Shown piece by piece: positions 10,881 through 23,019 of a DNA stretch of 46,754 bases (the stretch's first letter is position 1; every line of letters starts with the position of its first letter). Both the position numbers and the translations under genes were made by a program. The DNA comes from Priapulus caudatus (Eukaryota): positions 1,038,654 through 1,085,407 of the forward strand of contig NW_014577078.1 in the NCBI RefSeq assembly GCF_000485595.1. Reading direction: 5' to 3'. The notes beneath the pieces were generated by a model that was not told the DNA's origin, ran no database searches, and was given only the letters and a program-made list of their open reading frames with translations.

Positions 10881-12577
10881 ATGTGGATTCGAGGCGCTGT
10901 GATGCCTGTGGGAGGGGAGGTTTAGGAGCCAATATCTCAGCCTAGGAGTATCGTATTGACAATACAATACAATACAAGCGGTTGGTCTTGTTTTAGAGAG
11001 CAAAGAATTCTGCTTAATGCAGTACCATAAAATTATTCTGGACTCGCAGGCAAAGTAGAATAATCATGTCGTGAAATAGCACTATTTTCCCGTTTTTCCG
11101 TTGTACACTCTAGGTATAATATGTGTCAGTGTGCAGCAGCTAGCGTGCGGCAGCCAGCGTGTGTTGCAGATGAGCATTTGGACGGCATTTACAGGAAATT
11201 GTCGGCAAGAATAGGTGAAAGAGAGTAGAGAAACATTAAGACTTTGGTAGTAAATAGATTTCGTATTTATTTAGCATATTTTATTGAAACGCTCCAAGTG
11301 CCTGTGCTCCATCACATGAGTTTGTTACGGTTGTGCCAGCCCGCATGCAAACAGCGGCAGCGAAATAATTTCAGACGACCTCGGAAATAGGTAGGAATTC
11401 GTATATGTTAGGCAGTTGGCCAGTTGCTACCTGGTATATATGGCCAAATGACAGCATCACAGTATAGCAGAATCAATTTCTGCTAACATTTGATTAGAAG
11501 ATAAAAACTAAACAGGTTGGCATGGTAGATTTCCACAATGGAAGCGGAACCCTTCATGTTCAATATAAACAGTGCAAATAAATTAGCCTAGTCTTCGCAC
11601 TACTAGGTAACATGCGCTGCAAGTTTACCGTGTAGGCGTAATCTGTGACTCATTGTTAGTTAGATGGCACCTTGATGGCACACATGTAAAATTGATAACG
11701 TACCAGCAAGCTGCCCTAGACATATTCATCGTTTTATTAATCTGTGATTAAATAAATGCATACATTAGAAAGAACGCCATCTCATTTTATCTTACTTGTC
11801 ACTACTGTAGAAATTTTAAAAGGGAACATATATATATGTCCATTAACATTATCTAACATAGGTGCGACCTTTACTAGTTACGTATTTACATCCCTGAAAG
11901 AATAAAACTTAAAAAGTGGTCATACATCCGAGGGTTAAAAGCCAAATATACAATCCAGTAAACATTTTTTTCAAAATAACCATAATAAGTAACCAAACAA
12001 TTTTCTAAATGGGTCTGAACATGGAAGGGATTCCCACAAAACAGTAGAACTGGTATTTTTACACTACTTGATCTGTTTAGAATAATATGATTTTGTATTC
12101 AGTAAATATAACGGGCATTAGCATCGATTTTCACGTTAATAACAATGTTGCACATGCAGTTACGTGTGCAATGGAACATGTACCTGGCAGACCATATATA
12201 CCTAGCCGGAATCTAGGTGCATATATGTGGCTGCCGGCTAACAACATATGACGACATCACGTGTTATATAACTCCCCCGAGAATCTGACGAATATGATGG
12301 AAAAGAGCTAGAATCCAGCGATATTGCGTTTACCAGAACGCAGACAATGTAATTGCCATCGTCATCGTTACCGTCATCATCGCCCGCACCATGGCCATTT
12401 TGGATAATACGCAGAGTTTGGGAGATGAGTACACGTGTGATGATTACTGCTTTCGTGACTCCGTCGTTTTTTAACAAGCAACGGTGTTACTATCTACGAC
12501 AACGACACTATAGGTGCTCGTCCATCTGTGCAGTGTGGATGACCGTGCATGTATATTTCTTTCTAACAGATACATCG

Positions 12578-12651
12578 TGCGTGTCGTATCCGTAAATGTA
12601 TCCGTAAACGTACGGGTACGTTTACGGATACTTTTACGGATACGACACGCA
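12578..12651. repeat. 74-bp near-perfect palindrome
   Basis: 36-bp arms TGCGTGTCGTATCCGTAAATGTATCCGTAAACGTAC, 2-nt loop, one mismatch. Confidence 0.9.
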
Positions 12652-12913
12652 TCCTTAAAAAAGCGCGCGTATGAGACCTAAGCGCGCGTATCAACGCGCG
12701 TGTCAGACCTCAGGTACAAACATGTTTGCGCATTTTTCGTCTGAAAACGATGTCAAGGTTAACAGGATTATGATCCCTGTTGCGCTAAATGAGCCGTCGC
12801 AATTAACATACTGCTGGAATGCTCCAAACACCCGCAACCGACAATAATACAACAATGTTGCCGCGTTGCCCTTCGCCCCAGCAAAAGCACGGAGACATTT
12901 GACGTCTTCACAG

Positions 12914-13039
12914 GTGCCGAGGCAGTTCTCATACTGCTGCTCTACATCTTCTCCTGGGCGATACTACAGCTCATAAACGCACGAACAAACGCCAAGTGCA
13001 CGAGAGTCGTGACAACCTGTCAAAAAACTGGCACAAAAG
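12914..13039 (+). CDS. Candidate internal exon with a hydrophobic segment (AEAVLILLLYIFSWAILQLINARTNAKCTRVVTTCQKTGTK)
   Basis: tcttcacag acceptor, AG|gtaact donor, 126 nt, open in phase 1-1; no homology recognised. Confidence 0.25.
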
Positions 13040-13590
13040 GTAACTGCCCCTAGGCGCCAACGCACCCTTTAACTGAGCAAGTGCAGGGTTCACACCAGAG
13101 CATGACTTGCATGTCCCTCTAAAATAGAAAGTTAAGCACGAACACGGCACTCTCCCCCTTCCCAACCTAATACATGGATTTGCGCCCATTTATACATTAT
13201 ATATATATATATATATTTATATATTATTTAGTTTAATTATTACACACACGAGACTGGCGAACACAGTTATCATAGAATGTCCACGTTGACTGTATTATTC
13301 CGTACATGGCACCCTCGCTGAGTACTAGTCTGACAATTTTATTAACAGCATTAGAAATTAATTTTGGGTGATTTATCGACACGCCTTATGACAGGAAACT
13401 ATGTGCACGCTTACCTTCATTAAACAAAAAGTAATATTCAAATAGCTGTACAGAATGAAGCCTCAAGGTATAGCATTGAGTGATGAATCTAGACGATGAT
13501 CATGCTGTTACTAAATCTGTTCCACGACATTTTTTGGATTAAAAAAATACTACCTAATATAATGTAATATGTAATAAAATAAAATAAAAT

Positions 13591-13770
13591 ATAACATAAC
13601 ATCAGGATATTGATAGACACCTGATAACATAACATAACGTAACATAACATAACATAACATAACATAACATAACATAACATAACATAACATAACATAACAT
13701 AACATAACATAACATAACATAACATAACATAACATAACATAACATAACATAACATTAACATAACATAATA
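13591..13770. repeat. (ATAAC)n microsatellite interrupted by a 21-bp CAGG...CCTG insert (13603-13623)
   Basis: Direct reading; the insert is flanked by ATAACAT on both sides. Confidence 0.95.
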
Positions 13771-14031
13771 TAATACAATATGAAATGGGCGAGTCACGGA
13801 GTAAAATTCCCCCACGCATCCTTCTCCCTTAGTGAAGGCTGCTGTGAGTAATTAATCATTAATTCATGTCCACCAAGCATGAGCCAAAGCAGTGTCTCGT
13901 TCAAGTAGCAGCAAGACCTTACATGAAAGCGGCGTCGAATACATGTCAGTCATACCCGCGCAATTGCGGTTTTGAAAGTCGAAAGGCGAAGGCTGGGGAA
14001 GCTGGTGCGAGAAGGACCTGCTAAATAATAT

Positions 14032-14069
14032 CAAGAGTACATAATAGAGATCTCTATTATGTACTCTTG
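14032..14069. mobile_element. 38-bp perfect palindromic micro-element with 7-bp TSD
   Basis: ATAATAT|CAAGAGTACATAATAGAGATCTCTATTATGTACTCTTG|ATAATAT. Confidence 0.85.
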
Positions 14070-14652
14070 ATAATATGAAGCAGTCATAGACTTCATTCGC
14101 TGCTCTACTCTTTACGTTATCCTTGCAGCATCGGTGTGCCCTTTCGCACATCTTAGTTTTTAGTTTCGAGGTCAGGAGCTATAACCCTTTAACACACTAT
14201 AAGCGTCATATACCATAACCAACAACCTTACCACGTTATGACTATGTTTTTAATATAAAAGCTTAATAACGAATCTAATACTACTTCTGAATTTTTATTG
14301 GGATGTTTTCAAGTTACCCGGAATGCTGTAACTGCGGTCGTAAACTGCACTGCAGTTAGCACAAGCTATAGCTACAGTGACTAAATTACATACCTTTTTC
14401 AAATGGACCCATTGACCACAGTAACTGTAGCTCTAGGCATTTTTCACGTTACTGCTAGAGATCTGTTCACTGTCATTTACACCTTATCCATCAAGTGAAC
14501 TATTACCATAGGCAAAACTATTCAGTTCAGATAGGGAAACGGCCGTTACCAGTTTGCCCTGTAAAACAATCTACACATGTACTTAACCCTGTTACAGGTC
14601 AGTGGTCAATCTTTATACATGGTTCTAGAGATGGCCGCACTGTGCTGGCTTA

Positions 14653-15035
14653 AGGGCCGGACACACCAGGCGATGCCATCGGCCGATGCCATCGGCCGAT
14701 GGCATCGGCGTGAAAATCGCCTGGTGTGTCCACTCAATCGCCGCCGATGGCATCGCACAGATCAAAACGTTTTGATATTATCGCCCGATGCCATCGGCCG
14801 ATGGCATCGGCCGATGGCATCGCCTGGTGTGTCCACGACTGCCCGATGCCATCGGGCGATTTTACAATTCATCAGCCAATCAGAGTTCATCAGCCAAGCG
14901 CACTGCGCGCGCAAGAATCGGGCGATGCCATCGCCCGATGAAATCGCCTGGTGTGTCCACGACTGCGCGATGCCATCGGGTGATGGCATCGCCCGATGGC
15001 GTCGGGCGATGGCATCGCCTGGTGTGTCTGGCCCT
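14653..15035. mobile_element. PIF/Harbinger-type MITE, 383 bp
   Basis: TTA|AGGGCCGGACACACCAGGCGATGCCATCG ... CGATGGCATCGCCTGGTGTGTCTGGCCCT|TTA; internal CGATG(C/G)CATCG repeats. Confidence 0.9.
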
Positions 15036-16204
15036 TTAGGGATTGGGACGAACTCGCACTGCACTACTCTTTTCAAGATAGATTACAGAATTGCGATTAG
15101 AACTGTCAGAACACTGTCCCCTACACCCTACACCGAACCGATTACTTGCAACACTGTTTGTGACCAAACTTAAATCCACATTGGTTACCTTGCCCCCACG
15201 ACTGGTGAGAAGCTATGTAGATACCATAAAACCTTTTTGGAACCCACATTTGATGACGTCTTTCTTTAACCTGGTCCGCTGATGTTGCTGTTGACCATGC
15301 AGTGACGTTAAACATACAAACACATTAGGTTTACTCTTATCTGTGAACATATTAAAAACCACATAGCAAACTCTTTTATCGACAACCCTCCCTGTTACAC
15401 GTTCTACGCGCCAATTCTAACTGCATGCCACACAATAACTGCTCTGGTTTCACCAATGCGTGCACAATGCACATCAGTTGCTGCGCTTTTCAATGACATA
15501 TATATAGATTTAGTATGTAGGTTCTGACGTTGTCTGTCGCACTGTTTCTTCGAAACGTTAGTAATAACGTCAGTACGAAACTGACGTCAGTTAGTGGTTA
15601 CCAATGCCATTACTATTACCCTATTATTGCAGAAGGGCACATTTGTATTCATCACTAGCAGTAACGGCAACAGCAGCTATGCATGCACCCTGACCCATGG
15701 GTCAGGCAAGCAAAGAGTACCACGTACCGTCCACGACATTTAGGTCACCCTGAAATAATTTTGCCTGCCGATAATAATGATTCAATGTTAATTGGAGTGT
15801 GAACACATTCTTAGCTTCATGTCTGCCACGTTCTTTACCTGCCTCGCCAGATCAGTATAAGAGCAAGAAACCTAGTTCTCTACTAGTAGTATAGGAGGTG
15901 AGTCACTTCTCAAGCAATGTTATTAGATGTTAGACGTGAACTGGAATACATCTGTTTAATAGCCACTGAAGTGTACATCAGTTTCTCTCTAGTATAACCT
16001 AACAACTGGATTTAATATAATTTTACTTTCTGAAGCGGCATGGCACTTAAATTATTGGCCCTATTTATGGCCCCATTGTAAGGTCCCAATAGTAACCGAT
16101 TTTATACTCTGGTCGATACTCCGGTCGATTTTAGCCTTTCTGGTCGTGCCATATAACAATGAAATTTAAATTAGTTCCAATGTGATACACTTTTACACAG
16201 GATA

Positions 16205-16405
16205 TATCCTAACTCTTAACTATATATATACTAAGTCTAACTATACTAACTATATATACTACTACTACTACTATATACTATAAATATATACTAACTCCTA
16301 ACACACACACGCAGACACGCGCGCACGCACACCGCGGCGATACACGCACACACACGCACGAACATTCACACACCCACATCCAAACGCACGTAGGCCTACA
16401 CGCAC
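16205..16405. repeat. Low-complexity TA/TAC tract followed by CA/CGCA tract
   Basis: Direct reading. Confidence 0.7.
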
Positions 16406-17536
16406 AGCCACAATTATCCGCAAAAACTGCACGGAGTTACAAGAGTTTGGAATGGTCGGCGTAAGTTTTCTGTGTCACACCAAGGATTTACCAACGACGG
16501 GCGGGTACTTCATTGCTTCAAGTCACAGCGCAATGTATATAGAAATGGTCCGCCGAAATTTTCTGTGCCAGTCCAAGACTCCAAGGGTTACCAATGACCT
16601 ACTTAAATACTTTATATGCTCGTCTAGAGTACAAACAAGAATGATCTTGGTTCATTTTTTTGACATTCCCAAGTTTCAGACATTCACAATACACAGCCTG
16701 GAGCCATATACGGATGGTATTTGCTTGCAAGATACCACACGCGTAACCAATGACCACTGCGAAGAGCAGGGCGAATATAGACGTGGTAGCTATAGGTTCC
16801 TTGTTTCTTCAATATAGACCTAATGACTCTGTACAAACGGAAAAGAGAAAGGATGTAACATATATGTGAACTTCTCAATATTTGTTTTCCATTTATACAC
16901 CACGTGACACAATTGACACACGACAATTACACGTGACACTGTATTAATTAATTCGATACAGTAAATTAATTCGTTTAGCCTATATGATTTTTTCCCCAAG
17001 TGGAGCCGTATTTTCTTGGTTTGTCACCGATAAACGTCGACGTGGCACAACAACCAGCTTCCTGTGTGAACACTACTACGACTAATATCATAAACAAACT
17101 GCATGAGGAATGAGGTCACATGCTTGAATCTTAATTACCACGCGAAGAGACAGTCACTCGAATACTATTCTGGATGCGGCTGCAAAAACAGGTTTAGACC
17201 ATTGAAAACAGACAAACAGGTCCCCGCGCATGACAGCCTAATTTTTCAAACGTGTTGGGAAACGTCTTCCCTGGCAGAAAACTTCTTGCTAGTTGCAAAA
17301 GCACAATTTGGAAACGAACTCCCGCGGCGGTTTTTTTCACAATCATATACAGGGTCCACTCTAGGATTTTGAAAAACGTGGTATAGTATGTAGCGAGTGC
17401 CTCTGATTGTTGGGCCTCTGATCTCTTGGCCAATGCAAGTGCCAATGCTGTCAGGGTGAGGTACTTAGACCCGTGGCAAGGAGCCAAGTCAGAGTAAAAT
17501 GACCACTACCAAATAAAAACTTAAAACTAACCTTAA

Positions 17537-17857
17537 AGTGATTACGTCACCGTAAATAGTAAAAAATAAAAATATTTCCACTTTTTTACAAAATATAAGT
17601 AATTCTGTTCACATTTTATGGTTAAATTGCTGCATTATACATTACATTACACACGTGACCCATACATAGCCCATAGCAAGCAATTAATGTTGAGAACATT
17701 AATTCAAATCGTCCAGGTTTTTTGGATTTTTAACTAGTTGAGAAACAATCTTATCAGGTAAGAATTTGACGATTTGTCTAGTCCCATTAGTTCTTACTTT
17801 TAATGTGAATTTTTTGTTATACAAATTTTACCATAGAAAATTCGTGACGTAGTCCCT
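17537..17857. mobile_element. Old Kolobok-like MITE
   Basis: TTAA|AGTGATTACGTCAC ... GTGACGTAGTCCCT (12/14 TIR match); right TSD degenerate. Confidence 0.4.
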
Positions 17858-18348
17858 AAATTATATTATAAATACACTCATATTGTACGTGTTGACTTCA
17901 TTACGTTACATATGATATAATATTATTCATCGTTTAATACACAGACAATCGTTTAGTACATAGATAACCCACCGTACACGTACTTTCATATTGTAACACC
18001 CTTACTGACACATATATTCGTTCCTGGTGACAGGATAAATTATCTAGTTATACCCAAGGCATGACCTCACCAATCACGAGTGCCTGCAAGACAATTACCA
18101 GGAACTTGAGTTCCTAATGCCATCTTTGTGAATGGGCGACTCGTTTACTGGTCAGTCGTAAAAGGTATGCAGGGCTGGACAAAAGTCTGTTCCTACGAGA
18201 CTGCTCGTGAGCTGCTTGTAAGGAAATGCATGCAAATTACTGTACACACGGTCACTTGCTCTGCTGCTGACTCTCCCTACTCTGTTAATGTTGCCTTTCC
18301 ACTAGCAATAGTATGTTCTTAGCCAAGCTCCCCACCCATTTGTATATA

Positions 18349-18519
18349 ATAATATGAAGAGCTAATAATACCCAAGAATCATTAGCTATTGATAATATCA
18401 GGCGTGAATATTAATAGATCTATTATTATTCAGTCCTGATAATATCAGGAGTCTACTCCTGGATTTGATAAGATGAAAGAGTCATTAGATATTCTCTATT
18501 CTTCTACTCCTGATAACAT
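18349..18519. mobile_element. Chain of four different micro-palindromes separated by ATAANAT 7-mers
   Basis: ATAATAT|18356-18391|ATAATAT|18399-18438|ATAATAT|18446-18467|ATAAGAT|18475-18512|ATAACAT. Confidence 0.75.
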
Positions 18520-18666
18520 GCACAGCACTGTGTCATATCCAAGTTTCTCTCCCTTCCTCTACCGGGATCTTATATACTCTTCATAACCCTACCACATATC
18601 TATATAATAGTATGCCTCCAACTGGGGTGGATAGAAAGCTGGTCAGTGGGGAGAGTGAACAGTGAC

Positions 18667-18703
18667 CATAAAAATAATATAGTAGACTCTATATATTTCT
18701 ATG
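18667..18703. mobile_element. 37-bp CAT...ATG palindromic micro-element with 8-bp TSD (P-like)
   Basis: ACAGTGAC|CATAAAAATAATATAG...CTATATATTTCTATG|GCAGTGAC. Confidence 0.6.
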
Positions 18704-19804
18704 GCAGTGACAGATAGTAACCTGTAGGCAAAATTTTACGCCATGTTTATAGTTTCATGGACATGCAGCCACCCGCCGTGCAAGCTACATTGGGTAATGC
18801 TTTACTGCAATTTAGTAACATATATTGCTCCTGAAAATGGTTTTCCGTATAGCCGGCTGCTTACGTAATTATTATGCATATAACACAGTTCCTAGTTGAG
18901 GCCATTTGGCCTAGTTCATGAAAACTTGTTATCATATTTCTATAAAGCAGACACTAATTAGCAAACGGGTTTTTGAACTATTTTGATCTATGCAATTTAT
19001 CAACATGAAACTTGCTGTTCATCATTTTTAAGTGTTTTATGTTGGTTGCACAAACCGCAGTCAGTAATTATTTAGACAGGTCGATTTGACTATCTCCACC
19101 AGCCGCTTCTGGAAGCAAGAGCGTTTGAACAGAGCCGCAAGCAAGAACGCTGTCCAGAGTGAGTCTAACGGACCATGGTAAACAAATCACGCGTCATTTT
19201 CAAGTGAATAAATATGTACGTACTTACGCTGGTTTACACAGCAATCGCAGTAACACCACTTTATTACTTACTTTTGAGTGTACGTAAACAAAACACAGCT
19301 ACTGAACTGCTTACATACATACGTAATCTATTTACATATAAACTTTTATTTACCACCGGGCATGGTGAGGCCGGCGCTGCCGTTCACATTCGTCATGCAG
19401 ATTGGTATAATGCCTAACCGCATGTAAGCGCAATGTACTCAATAGTTTATTATTGGGAATATTTATAATCGCTACTCTACTATACTACTGACTAGAATCT
19501 CTGCTAAGTACTGGTGAAAATCTCACAAAATCCATTCCGGAACTACCAGGGTGGTGTAACGCATGCCTGCTCGCCTGGCGTTTACACATTCCCCTCTCCA
19601 GCATCTCATCCCTAACTAAATCAACTTCATGCAGTTCTTGCACGATAAAATATGTTTCGGGTACAATGCTCCTGGCGCAGGCATCGCTGTCTATGTGGTG
19701 TAAATGCATGTAGTAAGTTGTTGGGAAATATTTCTCACGTCAGTGAGGCATACACTATCTATTAGCTAAAAGCACAATAGGCCTTGCAAATAATACCCAC
19801 TGAC

Positions 19805-20046
19805 TCGCACACACACCTACACAGGACACCACGCCACATAGGTACACATACACGTGCACACATACGCACGCACGCACTGTCACACACGCACACACACTCA
19901 CGAACGCAGTCTAAAGAGCGAGAGAGACACAACAGACACACACACACGCACGCACGCACGCACGCACGCACGCGCACACACACGACACACACACGACACA
20001 CACACACACGCGCGACACACACACGCACACACACGCACGCACGCAG
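19805..20046. repeat. Compound (CA)/(CGCA) microsatellite
   Basis: Direct reading; explains the H/T/R-rich and C/V-rich ORFs. Confidence 0.9.
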
Positions 20047-22903
20047 TCTACATACATCTTCACTGTATGATATCTGCATTTACACAGTTGACCCGGCTCT
20101 CGCAGCCAAACCGCCGCAATAATTGCCCAGAAAATACACACCAGGTCAATGTAGGTGACCCGGTGAGGCATACTTGGCGCGGAATGTGAAATGACAGGCC
20201 ATTTTTGCTGATTACTGGGTTAATTATTCGGTTGCAGAAGACAAATAATCGCGTATATAGTAGCCAGCCCTTCACTCGGCCCGCGACTGAATTCAGGAAG
20301 TCTTATGGAAGGTAAGCACAAATACATTTACAGCAGCACCACTCAGCTATCTATGCTGAAATAACTGAGGCACGCTCCCTAAATAAGTACACCGGCAAAA
20401 ATCTGCAGCACACGTACACGCTTATAACAATTGCAATCTTTCAAGGCTAAATGCCAGACCATACCATAAACGTGAACGCGCATCTGACCTGAGATCGTAG
20501 GGTGATACTCTACCTAATAACACCTACATTTCGACTTTTCAATTTTAACTTTACCCCTAAACGTTTTCTTTCATAAACATTTGTCACATCATCAGTACCT
20601 GTTCATTGCTGAACCAACTGGTCACATTATTAGTTGCGCACACTCATAGAGCATAGACCTGACGACCACACATACAGTACTGTATGACGCCGAGCAGATT
20701 CCAAGCTTATATTACTAGCTAGCATTTCTGACAATAACCCGAGTGGGCGACGCTAGTGGATGTTTACTATTGTAGAGCTCAGAGAAAAACGAAGTGGTTA
20801 CAGTTCTTGTTAATTAGATACCAGGAATCAATTTCCCTGTCTGGGTAATTCTCATCCCTCCATTCACGCACACCCCCAAACACGCACACCTGTACAAAGT
20901 GGATTTCTAAGAATTACAACTGATGGCTAGCCACGTATCCTGTTTAAACTTAAAGCAGGTACACACGGCATTTTTGTCACGACTAATAGCCATGTGACTT
21001 CATGTGGCTATACACCCGGATGTTGTAAAGAAACAGCAACCAAGCTATGCCTTGAGGCTGATTTCAAAATGTTTTCAAGTAAAAACGTGATACCATCGAT
21101 TCACAACACCTATCTACTCATACGTGCCCACACACATATGCCAAAGGCACATAATCACCTTCAGATGTTCTATAATTACATGTAAACACGAATATCGTAC
21201 AGACTATAATAGGTTATCTGTAATATAAACCTTTCCTTGGGATATTGCTGATTTGTGTCTTGTAATTTTAGCTTCAGGTTTGGTCAATAACAGCCCATTA
21301 TATTTATCACAAATATTACACACGATCATCATATATATATGGTTTCTTTCTGTCCTCATTTCTTGCTTTAATTACTCAATTGGACATGTGAATATACCAC
21401 AACTATGAGACTAAGCGAGAGCTTATGCGAATGAATGTTTTGGGCCCTAATGATTGTGTTATTACTGTATATAGTACGCAATACTACCTGATGACATATT
21501 CAGAGTTAGTAGATGTGCTGATAGGCAAATATATAAAGTGTAAACCTTATCATATAACAAGATGCAATCTTATAATTGGACCAACTTAAAGGAGATCAAT
21601 AGTCTAGGTTTAATGCACATTTTCAGCATAGGTTTCAATCATCGACATAAATGATAGCAGTTCAATATTTAGTTAAGTAGTCAGCAGCCAAGTTGTATGT
21701 CATGTCAGTTTCCACGATTGATGGTTTGAGATTTATTGGTAAGTAATAATAAGAGTGAATGTCTGTAAACAGAAATATGTATTACATACTACTTTTATGA
21801 AAAAATTATCATAATGCTCTCTCAAATTCTAGAGTAGTTTTCCTTTTTATTTGTCTAGCTTCTCATTCATATACCCTAGATCATAACTAAATGTACCAGA
21901 TTTATCAACTGATGTTTTTCACATATATATCACATGCATATGGTATAGAATATGGCACAGCTGGTGGTATAAAAGGAATATATATGTTTGCACAAAATTT
22001 TTTTATTCAAGATGTAGCATCAGGCTTAATCTGTATGTTGATGTTTATCTCACCTAAATGTATCGACTATGAGATTTCACATGACACAGACCTGTTCATA
22101 ATAACTAAATTTGTTAGATCTAGTACAGGATTTTCTATGCCACGAGCAACATGTACACTGAAATGCCACTGACACGTAAACCTGCCAAACAGGTAGCTGC
22201 TATTGTGATGTACAGTAGTATGTATTCCCTCTCAACCACGCACAGTTAAAAAGTGTTTCAAGAATCACAGAACATTCCACGTAGATGCAGCATGTTCGTA
22301 TGTTACTGCAACAGAATATCGCTAATAAATGTACCATAATTAAACTGTGTTTTCACATCCCTTTACGTTCGCATGTCCGTAAACGCATTTAATAGCATTT
22401 TTAATTTGATAATTTGTGGATACCCCGTGCCATGGATGGATCGAACACACGCCTACACACGCCTTCAAAAACTAGAACAGAATCTGACATGTATAGTTTT
22501 GCCACTGTATGTATGCAGACGGCGTGGTTTTGCACGTTCTGTAGACGTAATACTATAGTAATATATACTACAATTAAGTAACCTGGTGCACTTTTCGCAA
22601 CATTTTTTGGGGGGAGCGATTACCGGCCATCACAGACAGCCGAACTGACGAATCCGTCACCGACCAATTTTGTTCACGCAAGGTAGTAGTAATTACATAT
22701 ATTGTATTTCTTGCTCTACACTGCAGCGTAGTGCATGTACAGACTACAGGCTACAGCTACAGAGTACAGGGAATATATTATAGTATTAGTATTACTAATA
22801 CTATATTAATTATTAGTATTACTATTACTATTACTAGAATTAGTACTACTACGACTTTAGCGAGCAAATAAGTCAACATAAGCGAACAATAAGAATAACT
22901 TAC

Positions 22904-22976
22904 CTTGAGCCCAGATGGTCCGAGTAATGACAACTAAAATCACAAACAGGGCGAATTTTAGCATCCTCGTCTTCAT
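22904..22976 (-). CDS. Putative first coding exon encoding a signal peptide (MKTRMLKFALFVILVVITRTIWAQ, phase-1 intron)
   Basis: In-frame ATGs at 22976 and 22964; basic N-region, hydrophobic core and I-W-A|Q cleavage-like site; consensus donor AAG|GTAAGT; CpG-rich sequence upstream. Confidence 0.6.
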
Positions 22977-23019
22977 TATTTTAAGCTGGACACCATAAAA
23001 TAGTAGAATCAGCAAATAT

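Larger units (their letters stand above)
9769..11271. repeat. Large inverted repeat (arms 9769-10212 and 10492-11271)
   Basis: Arms are high-identity reverse complements once the 10527-10880 insertion and the 9900-9965 micro-elements are removed. Confidence 0.9.

Noticed and set aside
13864..14151. 95-aa minus-strand ORF kept in frame by the 45-bp micro-insertion
   Set aside because: No recognisable homology; in-frame length has a one-in-three chance
14577..15173. Longest ORF (198 aa)
   Set aside because: It runs through a palindromic GC-rich MITE; the repeated MPSAD/GRWHR motifs mirror the DNA repeats
18071..18083. 13-nt minus-strand micro-exon (ttgtcttgcag / gtgagg) as exon 2
   Set aside because: Frame-shifting length with no partner exon found; such matches occur by chance
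18349..18519. True CRISPR array
   Set aside because: Repeats are only 7 bp, the spacers are the palindromic part, there are no cas genes, and the context is eukaryotic
20238..20311. Plus-strand candidate exon with a GTAAGC donor
   Set aside because: No homology or connected exons, and a weak polypyrimidine tract
21250..22170. Decayed C2H2 zinc-finger-like words on the minus strand (PYACDI, CNICDK, KKPY)
   Set aside because: Fragments lie in different frames with many stops; not supportable without an HMM search
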